NCBI GenBank assembly: GCA_035084275.1
Contig: CM068756.1
Span: 1,302,001-1,366,000 of the forward strand
DNA length: 64,000 nt
Origin: Hydrolagus colliei
Taxonomy: Eukaryota
Direction of reading: 5' to 3'
A model generated the notes under the pieces. The model was not told the DNA's origin and did not search any database. It saw only the letters and a list, made by a program, of their open reading frames with translations. Numbering within the stretch: the stretch's first letter is position 1; the number at the start of each line of letters is the position of its first letter. Made by a program: the position numbers and the translations under genes. This document shows, one piece after another, positions 26,539-38,610 of the stretch.

Positions 26539-26806
26539 AACAACAACAAAATTTATATAGCGCCTTTGACATAGCAAGGAGGTCCCAAAAGCACTGGACA
26601 GTGAAGGGTTCGCACCTGAGTTGGGGGTGGAGGTTAGGTCTCGGCGGTGCAGAAAATGCACAAATAAAAACAGAATCCTTTAAACTGAAACATGTTTTCC
26701 CTTTATCCAACGCAGCCTGTGGGTAGCGGTGGTTAAAAGCGCTCCCAAGACACTACCCTGCGTGTAGGACGCCATATAAATGCAAGTTGTTTTTGTTGTT
26801 GTTGTT
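26539..26806. mobile_element. Two tail-only L2 fragments in opposite orientation (26539-26602 minus; 26737-26806 plus)
   Basis: CAACAACAAAATTTATATAGCGCCTTTGACAT...GTCCCAAAAGCACTGGAC and ...CGCCATATAAATGCAAGTTGTTTTTGTTGTTGTTG. Confidence 0.7.
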
Positions 26807-27562
26807 GGAAATATAAATCTGAGAACTTTCAAAACCCAAATTGTCAGAAACAAATCCAAGCGAGGACTCTCCTTGGCAAATAATTTCGAGTCCGAAAGCA
26901 TCTGGTTAAACCCAGGGAGTAAAAAGGCAGTTTTGTCTGGACATCTTTGCGTTTTCGTAAACAAAAAACAGGCAATCGCGAAAAGTATTTCTATTTTTCC
27001 ACTGGTCTGTATAAATAAGAAAAAATATCGACTTATTTTCTCAATACTTCCCCCTCATCCCCCAAACTCTCTCCGAGGCCCCTCCCCATCTTTAAGACGT
27101 CATTAAAAAATGCAATGATCCCAGCAATACCAGTTCATCCATCATTGACGTGACATTCAAAAGTTAAACATACCATCTTATGTTTTGCTTCCAGTAAGCA
27201 TAAAACATCTGCTGGGGATTGTGCATAAGTGACTGACACTGGAATGGACAGAAGTAGTTTAATTGCTTTTTTAAAAAAATACCATCGACAAAGAGCACAT
27301 TGTACTGTGTGCACAGGCCTGGTGCAGATACTGGCAAACTGTGCCTGTGATGGTATAAACAAACTCATCTCTCTCCTCCTCCACCTTCTCTCTCTCTCTC
27401 TCTCTCACTCATATACACACACACATAGACTCAGAAAGTACTGGAACTCAAAAGCCTGAAATTTTACCTAGACTTTGCCTTCGAGATTATATTTCCCTTA
27501 AAAATCTGCACAGCTATTGTGATGAATTCTCATACAATCTGGACACTGGTTTCATTTTCAAT

Positions 27563-27858
27563 AGTTCCTGTAGCTCAGTGGGTAGAGCACTCGCCTCGCA
27601 AGCGAGAGACCTGGGTTCAATTCCCGGCAGGGCGAAAACTTGGGGCAAGTTTCCTTTCTCCACACGCCTGATAATAATCCCTCAAAAAATATATCGGTCA
27701 TTTCAATCCACGACTGTTTGTGGGGACACTGCTGTGCACAATTGGCTGCTGAGTTTCGTCACAAATATACGGTTAATTCACTTTACTGTATATTCTATGA
27801 AGCGCTTTGAGACATCTAGAAAATGTGAAAAGCGCGATGCAAATATTATTATTATTAT
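27563..27858 (+). mobile_element. Full-length SINE with well-preserved tRNA-Ala(CGC)-like head
   Basis: TCCTGTAGCTCAGTGGGTAGAGCA-CTCGC-CTCGCAA-GCGAG-AGAC-CTGGG-TTCAATT-CCCGG-CAGGG followed by the family body and (TTA)n tail. Confidence 0.95.
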
Positions 27859-28380
27859 CAACGTCAGAGACCTGGATAACAAATTAAGGTGAATTTCAGG
27901 ATTTCTGTGACAATCTTAAATTTTTTGAGGCAGCACGGTCTGGCGATCTGAGATCAGGCACAATTTCAGGCCGCTGGAGGTAAAAGTTCATTGAGTAAGC
28001 TGAGTCTGAATTCTGGCCCTGTTGGAAAAGGTGAGCAGACATTAACAGGTGGCCAATCACATCAGCAGAGTCAAAAGCGCCCAGAGATAGAACCCACCAA
28101 AAAAACTTAATACAGTACATAATAAATATAGTTTTGAGATGGAAAATAATAAGTCTTAACACAAGAATTATTCTCAACAGGTGAGTGTTTACTTGGAGTT
28201 GATTTTAAAACTGTGTTTCCTATTCATTCCCTCCGCCACCCTGCTTCTGCATCCTCCCTATGCCAACAAAAGCTCCTATCAAAATAATGAAGTCCTGAAA
28301 ATACATCGACAGGTTTAGAAAATGGAATTTAAAAAAAATATATATGATTGGATTTTATTCGAGGGGACAGGCAGCAAAAT

Positions 28381-28468
28381 TGACAGATTGATGGTGCGCT
28401 TGCAAAAATCCTGGCTGATTGGTCAGCGAGACCCTGGCCTTGAGCAGTCATGATAAATTGATTGAAAG
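28381..28468 (+). promoter_or_regulatory. Candidate enhancer: Meis + Pbx-Hox motif cluster
   Basis: TGACAG 28381-28386, AGATTGATGG 28385-28394, TGATAAATTG 28451-28460 (TGATNNATKR), TGATTGAAAG 28459-28468. Motif evidence only. Confidence 0.45.
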
Positions 28469-28607
28469 GATTGAATTCTTAAAACAAAGTTCAATCATGC
28501 TTTTTTTTTTAACCCGCAAAGGATTCTCTCTGTCTCACAGGTATGGTACAGTACAGAAGCCTTGCACACTGTCACACATATGTGAAAAAATGCGATGGGG
28601 TTTTAAT

Positions 28608-28675
28608 CCCAGCTTCTGGGGACGTCCTTATACATTTATAAAGGCACTCTATAAATGTAATTTTGTTGTTGTTGT
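28608..28675 (+). mobile_element. Tail-only L2 fragment
   Basis: CCAGCTTCTGGGGACGTCC...AAAGGCACTCTATAAATGTAATTTTGTTGTTGTTG. Confidence 0.7.
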
Positions 28676-28705
28676 AATCCACACAGGTGGAATGGAAATC
28701 TCCCA

Positions 28706-28793
28706 TGTGTGGAGTAAGAAAACTTGCCCAAGATTTCACCTTGCCTGGAATTGAAGCTAGGTCTCTCGCTTGCCACTGAGCTACAGAGCTCCA
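28706..28793 (-). mobile_element. SINE 5' fragment
   Basis: Minus strand GGAGCTCTGTAGCTCAGTGG...CAAGCGAGAGACCTAG...TTGGGCAAGTTTTCTTACTCCACAC. Confidence 0.85.
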
Positions 28794-29601
28794 CGATTTT
28801 ACCGTGCTTAAAGTTACTGAGGGGATGGGGAGAAGGAAAGAATGGGTTAAACAACTTAAAGCAACAATCCAAGCACAACGACTTGAGGAGGAGGGCTGGG
28901 TGGGGAGCCTAGAGAGCGATACAATGTTGGAGCTCCTCTCACCCTCATTTACCAAATGGTTCTCTCACCGACAGGCTGTTGTGCTCTGCAATGAATAGTC
29001 TTTGTGCTAAAATGACATCTAAATCAAGAGATCATGAGTTCGAATCCATGTTATATCTGTATGTTGTGCAATTTATTGACATGGGACCCAACTGGAGTTT
29101 ATGTTAATAGAATACTTCATAATATTGGTAAATGTGAATGCAGAGCACTGTGCTGAAATGAGTGCGCATGTAAGCCTGTATTACAGTAATTTGTGCTAAA
29201 TAAACGTAGATATAGCTTGTTCTTCATACTTGTGACCCCCATCATTGGACTAATATCAAGTCAAGTACCATTTACTCCATCTGAGATTTCAGCCAACAGG
29301 ACAGAGAACACACGACACAATAACAGCATAAACAGTGAAGAGCGTTCACTTCTCGTTTCAACACCAACACAAAGAGTGAAAAGGTGCTTGTGGTGATAAA
29401 GCCCAGTGACACGAGTAGCTTGCTCCAGTGGAAGCCATCATCCTGTGCCAGTGCAGGGTATAAAAGCCTCTGTACTCGTTGGCATGAGGAATCTCTCGTC
29501 CAAAATGATCCAAGTTTATTCTGAGTTCAAAGAATGGTCTCCGAACCTCCTCAATTCACTGCCTCAAACATTAATAAAAGTGTAATCTTGCAGCATCACA
29601 C

Positions 29602-29730
29602 CCCCACAAAATACACAGTCAATTCACTTCACAGTATGTTCTGCGAAGGGCTTTGGGACATCTCAATGACGTGAAAAAGTGATGTATAAAATGCATGTAT
29701 TATTACTATTAATATTATTATTATTATTAT
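29602..29730 (+). mobile_element. SINE 3' fragment
   Basis: CCCACAAAATACACAGTCAATTCACTTCACAGTATGTTCTG...(TTA)n. Confidence 0.85.
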
Positions 29731-31651
29731 CAGACTCTGCCATCACCAACCAGAGCATTAAAGCTAATTTTAAACCTATTCCTTAGCCCCCACCCACCCC
29801 CTCCACCACCCACGTCCTTCCCACCACTGCCTTGCCTGAAATCAGCACAGAACCAGGGATCTTACCAGGGACATTGATGGCTGGTGTGGATATGGCTCAA
29901 CTTGCACCTTGCTTGACGGGAGCAATTGAGTGCAAACATTGTCACAACAGCCGAACTGAGCTATGTTTGCAGGCAAGAGAAACTCGGCTGCAAACCTGGG
30001 GTGAGCGGTGGCTGCGAAGCAAGTGCAGAGACAGCAGATAGTTCACCGCTTCACAGGTTATCATCGCCTGGGCACAGATCTTTGATAACATTAATGCCGG
30101 GTGATCGGGCACCTAATCAATACCGAGCTGTGACAATACTCACTACTAATAATGTTGCTCACCACGCAATGAATCTGATTTTGAGAGTTGGCCTCCCAGT
30201 GTGTACATTCAAGGGTTTTGTAAAAAGCAATTTGCACAACTGCTACTCAAGTCAGAAGACTGGGGCTTTCCTCTGGCTTCTCTACTTTGCATCGTAAGTC
30301 CACTATTCAGCATGTTTAAGTGCAATCTAATTATAATCGATTATTAATCAATCTCAAGTTAAAACAAAAACGCCCAAGAAGGATAAAGATACAGATCTCT
30401 GCGGAGAAGCTTCCCGGAGTTGTGGGCGTTATAATCTTACAATTTGCAACTTTTCAGAAAAAAAGAAAGAATAATATGAATACCATGAAAACAAGGAGAA
30501 CAATCGCATCATCAATTTGATCAACAAGCAAATAGCTGAGAGGCTGAGTCACAGGCACACGCAGACCAGCAATGTCCCTTCTTACATCTCTGGTTGTGTG
30601 CATGAGTTAATTGAGTTCAGCCAGAGCACTAGTGCCTGAATACAAAATACAGTCACTACACCTGACAGTACAGTACATCCTGTGAGTGCAATCAATGAGT
30701 ATGCAGAGATAATTATGAAGGGTCTCAGTGAGGATAAAATCAGTGGAGAAGGTGCAACTGGAACAGAAATAATTGAACGAGATGACAATAGAAGGAATGA
30801 ATATTGCACAAAGCAGAGGCGTGCGATACATGCAGTAACGCATAATCCTTCCTCCTTGCTGGAGGGCAAGGGAACCATAGGGTGCAAAACCCCATTAAAT
30901 TCTTCCGCTTTCCTGAGACTTCTAAAGGCTTTGCCTTTAATTGCCCTGGTCCTTGTTTGACAGAACAAAAAAAAAGTGTCATTTCACAGGCCTTTCACAG
31001 GCACGTGCTTGTGTGTGGCTTGTACGACATGCATGTGGTTTTGCACTGTGCACGTGTGTGGCTTGTTGTGGAGTGTGTGCGTAAACATACAGAATCTCTA
31101 GTAGCACATGGCCCTGTAATGGTATGTGTGTGGTTAGTGCTCCGTTTGAACATGTGTGAGTGGGTGTCTGTCTGCGGGGCTTCAATGGGGCGTTTGTGTG
31201 GATGTGTCAATGGGGTGGTGGGAGGGAAAGTAAGGAGCCTGTTTCTTATGGTTTATTGGAATATTAATCAAAATGCATATTACAAATCCGTATAAATCAG
31301 TTGATGCTGACAATTCCCATTAGGCCTTTCAGGGAGTGGCATAAAACAGAACTTTCAAAGGAAATGTAGATTAGGTTTGTGCACTGCAAGACTGTACGCT
31401 TCCCAGCGAAGGGAATGGAGAGCCATCAGACAGGAGATAAAAATTAATTAAGCTCTCGCAAAATGCTTGACTTTGTGCCAAACACCCGACAGCCTCTCCT
31501 GGTGGGAAGTTAATTGTCCACTGTCCTCGAACCCCACCACCCACCTCCTCTGCCTTATATACTCGGGCATCATTTGTGGATTTTTCATAATGAGTTTGAT
31601 GTAATAATTAGCACAACAAACATGCCACAAAACGTCGCAATTTGCACTCTC

Positions 31652-31875
31652 AATTCACGACTGTTAGTGGGATGCTGCTGTGCGCAATTGGCTGCCACGG
31701 AGCGGAGGTTTTAATCGGATTGTATGGTGATGTTATGGTTCGTAATTAGTATCATCATGTTCTCTCACGAATATTCGCCCGCAAATATACAGTCACGTCA
31801 CATTACAGTATATTCTGTGAAGCGCTTTGAGACATCAAGTGAAAATTGCTATATCAAATGCAACGGTTATTATTC
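31652..31875 (+). mobile_element. SINE 3' half interrupted by ~74 bp (31700-31773)
   Basis: ...GCTGTGCGCAATTGGCTGCCACG | unrelated sequence | TTCGCCCGCAAATATACAGTCA...AAATGCAACGGTTATTATT; the two parts are contiguous in the family consensus. Confidence 0.85.
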
Positions 31876-32621
31876 TATGAAGCAATAAATGTGTGCGTTC
31901 TCACAATCACTGGACTGCAGTGTCAAAGGTCACTACGATGGTCCTCAAGTAAAATGCCATAATGAACTTAAAAGGCTTTTTACTCTAAAACGGGAAACGG
32001 CTGCCATGGAAACCAATGTATCTGCAAGGTTTTCATGGAGAATCTCCTAATTGACGTTTAATGTTCTAATTGTAGTTCAATGCTGACCACGTAGCTTTGA
32101 GTGTAACTTTAGCTTCTCAGTGGAAGGCTGATCACCAGCTCCCCTTTATTAGTCAACCTCGCTGCGAGAGGCCAACATTTGTGCACCTCCAGCACTGCTG
32201 AGGGCAATCTCTGCGCAGGCACGAGAACGTTTTTCCTTACGCAGATGAAGGATGGCCGAGAGAGAGGGAGAGTAATTGATGACTGCGACAGGAACAGGTT
32301 GCCAGAAAGGGTGGTCGAGGCTGGGGAGAATGGACTTGCTGAAAAAACAGCTTGATGCTGTGATTGAAGGGCAGTGGGGTGGGTGCTGTAGGAAGGATGA
32401 GATCAAATGGGCTGAAGGACCCTACTCCATCCAAACCAACCTTGTGATGATCTGTGTGGTGGGGGTACATGTGCGCAGTTTGGAAGCGAGGTGTGTTATA
32501 ATGGAGGAGGATCAAAACAATAGGGATTCAAGCAGGTGTACATAACAAGAGCAACATGCCTTGCCTTTATGCAATGATCTGTTGCCTGGACAAACACATA
32601 CATTCACACATGCACGAGCGC

Positions 32622-32622
<1 letters not shown>

Positions 32623-32700
<78 letters not shown>
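32623..32700 (+). repeat. (AC)39 microsatellite
   Basis: Uninterrupted dinucleotide run, the longest in the window. Confidence 0.98.
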
Positions 32701-32704
<4 letters not shown>

Positions 32705-33592
32705 TTGCTGCCTATAATAGAAAAAATGAGCCCCCTGGCATTCATTATCTATTTAGGAATATTTCTGTGCTAATGACGTTGGAGACTAAATGATAACTAT
32801 GGATGCAAAACCGAAGTTAAAAGCTACTAAATTGATGTTCCATGCTTTCAATTAAATACATTCATCTCTGATGAAACAAGTCTGCTTATATACAAAAAAA
32901 ACGATTCATTAAATTCTTTGCATATTTTGCAGATGGAACTCATACAAGTCAAATTGGTTCAACAAGAAAAGTAAGTTCTTGAAAATTGCCAAATTGATGC
33001 GTTATGCTTTTAATTAACAACACTTGCATATCATGACAAATGTCTCATAGTACCCGACAATCTATTGGGCAGATTCCTGCCACGTTCCGGGAATGCACAG
33101 AGCCAAGGCTAGTCTGAGCTACTGCCGACATAGAGAGAGACAGAGACAGGAGGGGGTGGGGGGGGGGGGGGGGGGGTGGACTAGAGAGAAAAAGAAATCA
33201 AACAATTTCCTTTTGAACAGACGTGTTAGATTAGAAAGGATTTATTTGGGCCGTGGTTGTTTTTCATTGCGGAAAAGCAGGAGGACAAAATTTAAAAGAT
33301 ATTAAAAGTTAATTTATTTTCTTTCAAAAGTCCTCAAGGCAAAGATTTATGAACGTTTCCTATCTGCTGGATTCTGGGTCTGCGTTCTTTCTTTTTAAAA
33401 AAAAAACATTTTTGTCCCAAAATAAGATTGCCCAGTGGGACAATGATCATATACAACTTGGAAGCAGGGAGGGGAAGAAAGGCAACATAAATGATGCACT
33501 GATATTAATGCATTGTTGGTAACCTTCCTCTTGTCTATCAACACTGAATTCATGGTGTACTTTATACCTCTCAGAGCCAATAAGTAGATAGC

Positions 33593-33732
33593 AATAATAA
33601 CAACAACAATCCTTTCATTTGATATAGCATCTTATCACTCCAGGAGAACGTCTCAAAGCAGTTCATGGGATTTGCTGTAAAGTGCAGGGACTTGTGTATT
33701 TAGCAGGCGAATGCGGCTGCCAACCTGCACAT
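33593..33732 (-). mobile_element. Older SINE 3' fragment
   Basis: AATCCTTTCATTTGATATAGC...ACGTCTCAAAGC...GGCGAATGCGGCTGCCAACCTGCAC. Confidence 0.75.
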
Positions 33733-36700
33733 CTCCAGCATTGCTAATTGTGCGTAACAATTAAAAGGCAGGTCAACCTCACTCTGGGGTTAAGGTTCTA
33801 TCTGGCTACATAATGTGGCTTGTGTTTTACAAATCCCAATGATGCCACTCAAACATCCCCCTCTCCCCACGCTCCCCATTGCAAGATTACAACACCACTC
33901 CATTACAGTCAGACTAAAATTAACAACTGAAACATTCGGAGATGCCAGGAAAATCTGAGCAAAAAAGTACAGGAATCCTGTGAGGTGTTGGGGGGAGGGG
34001 GGGGGGGGGGCGTGGGACCGGCTGAGATAAGAGCAGACCAGCAGAGAGTGCTTTGAGTTACAAAGAGTTCAAGCGGTGAACGGGTTAATGTTGATTTAAC
34101 GCAGGCTTCAATAGAAGCCTAAACAAAGGCCAGGGAAGAGCAGAGCGAAACCGCAACTTGGAATATGTACATCAGCAAATACTGATGCCTCAAAAGTTCA
34201 TTTCCTGTATCTTTATAAACAGTCAGACAGGTTAGCCTCAATATGGCTACAAAGTGCAGGATTGGGTCCCACTGGCAGAGAAGCACCAGACACATCAGTG
34301 TTTCAGTAACAGAAGGAGCTGTTTCTAATTCTTAGGAGATGTCTGTCTGTGTGTTTTTTTTACATGAAAGTCTACGCATTATGAAAAGTAGACAATGCTG
34401 CCTCTCTGCTGCCAGGCAATGTCTTCCAGGCAGACTGGGATTTCCTAAACAGATACCAAAGATGTTACGTATCACTGATCAAGCAGAGCAGCTGTCAAGG
34501 GAGGGGTGGGGGAGGGTGGGGTTTGGTTGGGGGGGGGGGGGGGAGTTGGGGTGCTGTAGAGGCTTAAATTTAAATTTCAGTAATCCGAATCCATAGCGTT
34601 AAAATATCCCTGTAAAAGTAGGGCTGAGATTGAATGCTTAGCACTCAAATTAGTAAGTGGAACTGGCATTAGTTACGAAAAAAAAAGACAGCTAACAATG
34701 GATAAGGCTGCACATATCCAGCTCCTGCTGGTAACTAGTACACTCGTCAAAATAACCAGATAAACAAGTAACCTGAAGACTGAGTAAAGATGGAACTGAC
34801 AAGCAACTGAAACCAGAAAAAGTCACTGCCATTGTACGGCTGTCAGACACAACTAGAGTTGAGTCCTCCCACTCCGACAGGCCCCTACCCCACCCTATCA
34901 CAAGATCCTCCCCTCCAGTAAGGCCCTCTCTTGTGACAGAGGTGGGGTGGGGGGAAAGGAGGGAGAGGTGGAAGGTGTTTCTGAACAGTGATCAGGATCA
35001 GTGACTCAGACTGCATCTCCCATCCAAAAAGCTTGAGGCGACAGGGCCAAGGAAAGTGTCAACCAGACACCATAAGATTTATTGGTGATGAAGAAGGCCA
35101 TTTGACCCAGTTGATCTCATCATTCTTAAGTACCCAGCCTAGCCTACTGTCCCGTCGTGGCATTTTTTTTAGAGATGAGTCTAACGAAATGGCCCATGCA
35201 AACATGTAAAAACATCCCACATAATTACTGAGTGTCGCACCAGAGCCTGCGTAAAACAAAAAAAAAGTTAGCTCTGTGTTCCTTCAATTCACAGGCACTG
35301 AAGGAGCGAATGCAAGTGCTTAAAGCTGGAATGAGTTGCAACGTCACCAGATCCTGAAGCACACATGGGCTCAAGATCAATGAACAGCAGGTCTCCCTCC
35401 CATAACACCCCCATCCCCCCCACACCTCACCCCCCCACTCCAAACTAGGTTTAAATGTCATGAACTCAAAGGTGTGCAGGTATCCAGGAGTTTTAATCAT
35501 ACCATTATTTTTTAAGCGTTTGGCCAAATAAACACTGGCAGAAACAGGGACGTAACACACACAAACACTGTCTCATTCATACCCATCAGATATACGACAT
35601 GGATAGAGGAATGAATTCCTGGCCAGAATATCCTGCAAAGATGAAAGGAAAAAAATGCTCAGGACTTACTTGCCTGAATGCTTTAAGGTTCAGTAGTAAC
35701 ACAGTGGCGAGACACGTGCAACCTTAATTCCAACTCCAGACCCCATCCACTCCCCACTCCCACCATCAACTCCTCCGCAGGTAAAAAGTCATCAATAGCA
35801 AAAGTTTGGGTGCTCAACTATTGCTTTAAGCATTTGATTCATTTTATTATTGGAGTTTTCCCGTTGTGCCGCATACTTATCTTATGAGATCTCCTCTCAG
35901 TTGTGGTTATTTGCACAGCATAAGGGGAAATTAAATCCACCAAAGTTTCAAACCGAAAGCTTTGAAATCAGACAGTCTCTCAATCACTTTCTGGTATTTC
36001 CTAAAAAACAAGAAAGGGATTGCAGGATAATGGAGAGGACTCTCTTGCTCACTCGGGAGAGGAGCTAATGCCAGTTTTAATGAATTAACTTAAGGTGCAA
36101 AGCAGAATCATGGAATGGGTCATTTAAAAGAAAACTCGCAGCTTGCAGTCTAATGGTGAAATAGCACATTTGAAAGCAATTAAACACATAAGCGCGCTTT
36201 CAGGATATTAATATTTCTTGGGGGAAATTCATTTATCTGCGCTCACAGCTCCCCTGACATTACAGTTGAAGGCATTGGAATGGACCTTTGGAATAGTGAG
36301 GATGAACATGGAAAGACATATGGATAAGAATTCTCAGCTGACACCATTTTCCGACCTTCTTCCTGTCCTAACAAAGAAGCCTTTGAGGGAACTTGGCTTT
36401 GTTTTTCAAACTATTCAAAGGCCTCTCATTCCTGACATTCAGAGCTGCAACAATGACTTTATGTGTTACACAAAGATGGCTGCCAAAGTTTTTGCAAAGA
36501 TTAACATAAAGTGTTGAAATGATCCGTCTGCCAATTCTGTCAAAAAAAAATCAAATTATGTAAAAAAAAATGGCTGGTGGGGTGGGGGGGGGGGGGGGGG
36601 GGTGGAAACAAAAAAATGCCGTCGCTGAGGAATAGTACCTTTTCAAAAATAAAGCACCTTTTGCTTTCCAAAAATTAAAATTAAATCAATTTACTTGGTT

Positions 36701-38542
36701 GACCAAAATCAAATAAAATTTATATATATTTTTTTTAAACGAAAAAAGGCAGCATTTTTGCAGATTAAGAAGGCAACAAAAAACCTGTTCAAACTCTTTG
36801 AGACCCTTTCAGAAGCAGAAAATTCCTCCAAAATGCTTTGTTTCAGAAGATGAGACACAGAATCCTGTGAATTCAGAGGAATGACAGTAATTTGCCTTCT
36901 ATTTCCCCTCATTTACCTCTAGTTTCACTTCAACAATGTTGAACCTTAAAAATTCCACCAAATCTTAGCTTGTAAAACCATTTGGTCCTAAATTTAAGAC
37001 GATGTGATCCCAAGTCCAGATGTGGCACGCTGACCAACTACACCATTGGGAGCCACTCAATTAACATGCAGCTTCTTTAAAGTGGTAATGGAATATTTTC
37101 AGGGATGTTTCAATTGGACAATACCTAAGAGCTGCAAAGAAAAAAAAGTATTTTTTTTTTTTTTAAAACCCCGATCCAATTATGGAACTGCCTTGCAATG
37201 AAGGGGACAAAAAGGCGGAGGGGGGAGGGGTTAAAATAAAAAGACTGCAAATTTCTTGCCATGAGTGTATGAAGCCATTGTGAAAATGGCTCTTGTGGAT
37301 TAATGGTATCTACCAGGATTGACCAATGTGTGTGTGTTTAAGGCTATTTGTTAAATGATCATAAGCCACTTCATTGTTTCCAATGTTTTCTTGGTGTGTT
37401 TTCACTCGTGGGAACTCAAGCAAAGAAATACTGGAAAACAGTCAAGGAAATCAGGAAGTCTGCGCTGTGTACAGGAAGTGTCTGATCATGATGTGGAACG
37501 CTGCCGTCAATCTGAAATAAAATAAATTAACCCCTTAAACCTCAAACTGTGCCACGCGCGCTGGGTGGGAGCCCCCAGAGGTTACCAGATGTCAACAGCG
37601 ATCGTGGTCTAGGAGTTTCAGTGGATGAAACGGACAATGAGATGAAATGTGGGATATCACTTCAACAGCAATGCACTGACTCTCCAGCTAGGTAAGGCTT
37701 GTGTAGATATGGTCCCAGAACAGCTTCATGGATCTCCAGCTAAAGGCTGGCGATCAGAGAAGAGTAAATGTGTTGACCTTTTGTGCTGCATCACTTTGAA
37801 AACACAGGTTGAAATACCCAGTGTTTCTCCATCTTGTGTGAATTGACGTGAACATTAACTCCAAGTGAAAATAAAACAAACAGAGCTTTAGCTTGGGATA
37901 GGGGCAATTCCAGTGGAAACCGTTACCCTAAAAACTGCTTGTCTGCAAGTTGCAGGTCTCACATTTCACCGTTATATACTGTTTCAAAGTTTTTTTTTTC
38001 TGTATTTCTTTTTCCACTTCCACCCAGAGTTAACTCCCAACTGGTTGATCAGGAGGGGAAGGGCTTTATGGGAACCAGGGTGGGCGGGAGCAGACTGCTG
38101 AGTCAGCAAGTGTCAATTAAGAAACGGGTTAATGAATGTCCTGAGTTTTACCCCACCATGGGGTGGAAAATGTGATGTGATAATTATGAGCGACGATAAT
38201 TTATACATCACACACTGCATTTCCAAGCCTTATGAAGGTACATTAAGTGAAATCTAATTCCACTAAAGGGATTGTGTGGCACATTTCAGCACTCCAGGAG
38301 TGTGTTTTATCACCTTTAGGATCTGTTCAAACTCTCAACTCTCCTTCCTTTGCTCCACCCAGACAAATATGTGCCAAGTTCACCACTCACATCTGCCACA
38401 GCTCTGCTCCTTTCACTTAAACTGTACAGATGGCTCACCGCTAAGAAAGCAATCTAGGGTCACCGATCACAGTTTCCACTGGAATTCTGTCTTCTGACTA
38501 AGCCAGTAAGCAGGCACAATGTTAATTCAAAACACAGATCTC

Positions 38543-38610
38543 CTGTCAGCTCAATGGATAAACACACCATGTGGTGTGGAACCCAGCCATCTAAACCAGG
38601 AAGTCTTGAG
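38543..38610 (+). mobile_element. Head of a distinct ancient SINE-like repeat (related pieces at ~29832-29915 minus and ~55410-55650 plus)
   Basis: CAGCTCAATGGATAAA...TGTGGTGTGGAACCCAGCCATCTAAACCAGGAAG..GGTTGATAC resembles a chondrichthyan SINE as I recall it; family name not assigned. Confidence 0.4.

Noticed and set aside
27563-27635. Possible tRNA-Ala gene
   Set aside because: Continues directly into the SINE body shared by many copies, has an imperfect acceptor stem and no immediate poly-T terminator; it is a SINE head.
30682-30960. 92-aa plus-strand ORF with a protein-like acidic start
   Set aside because: Antisense to ZFHX3, non-ATG start, no recognisable family.
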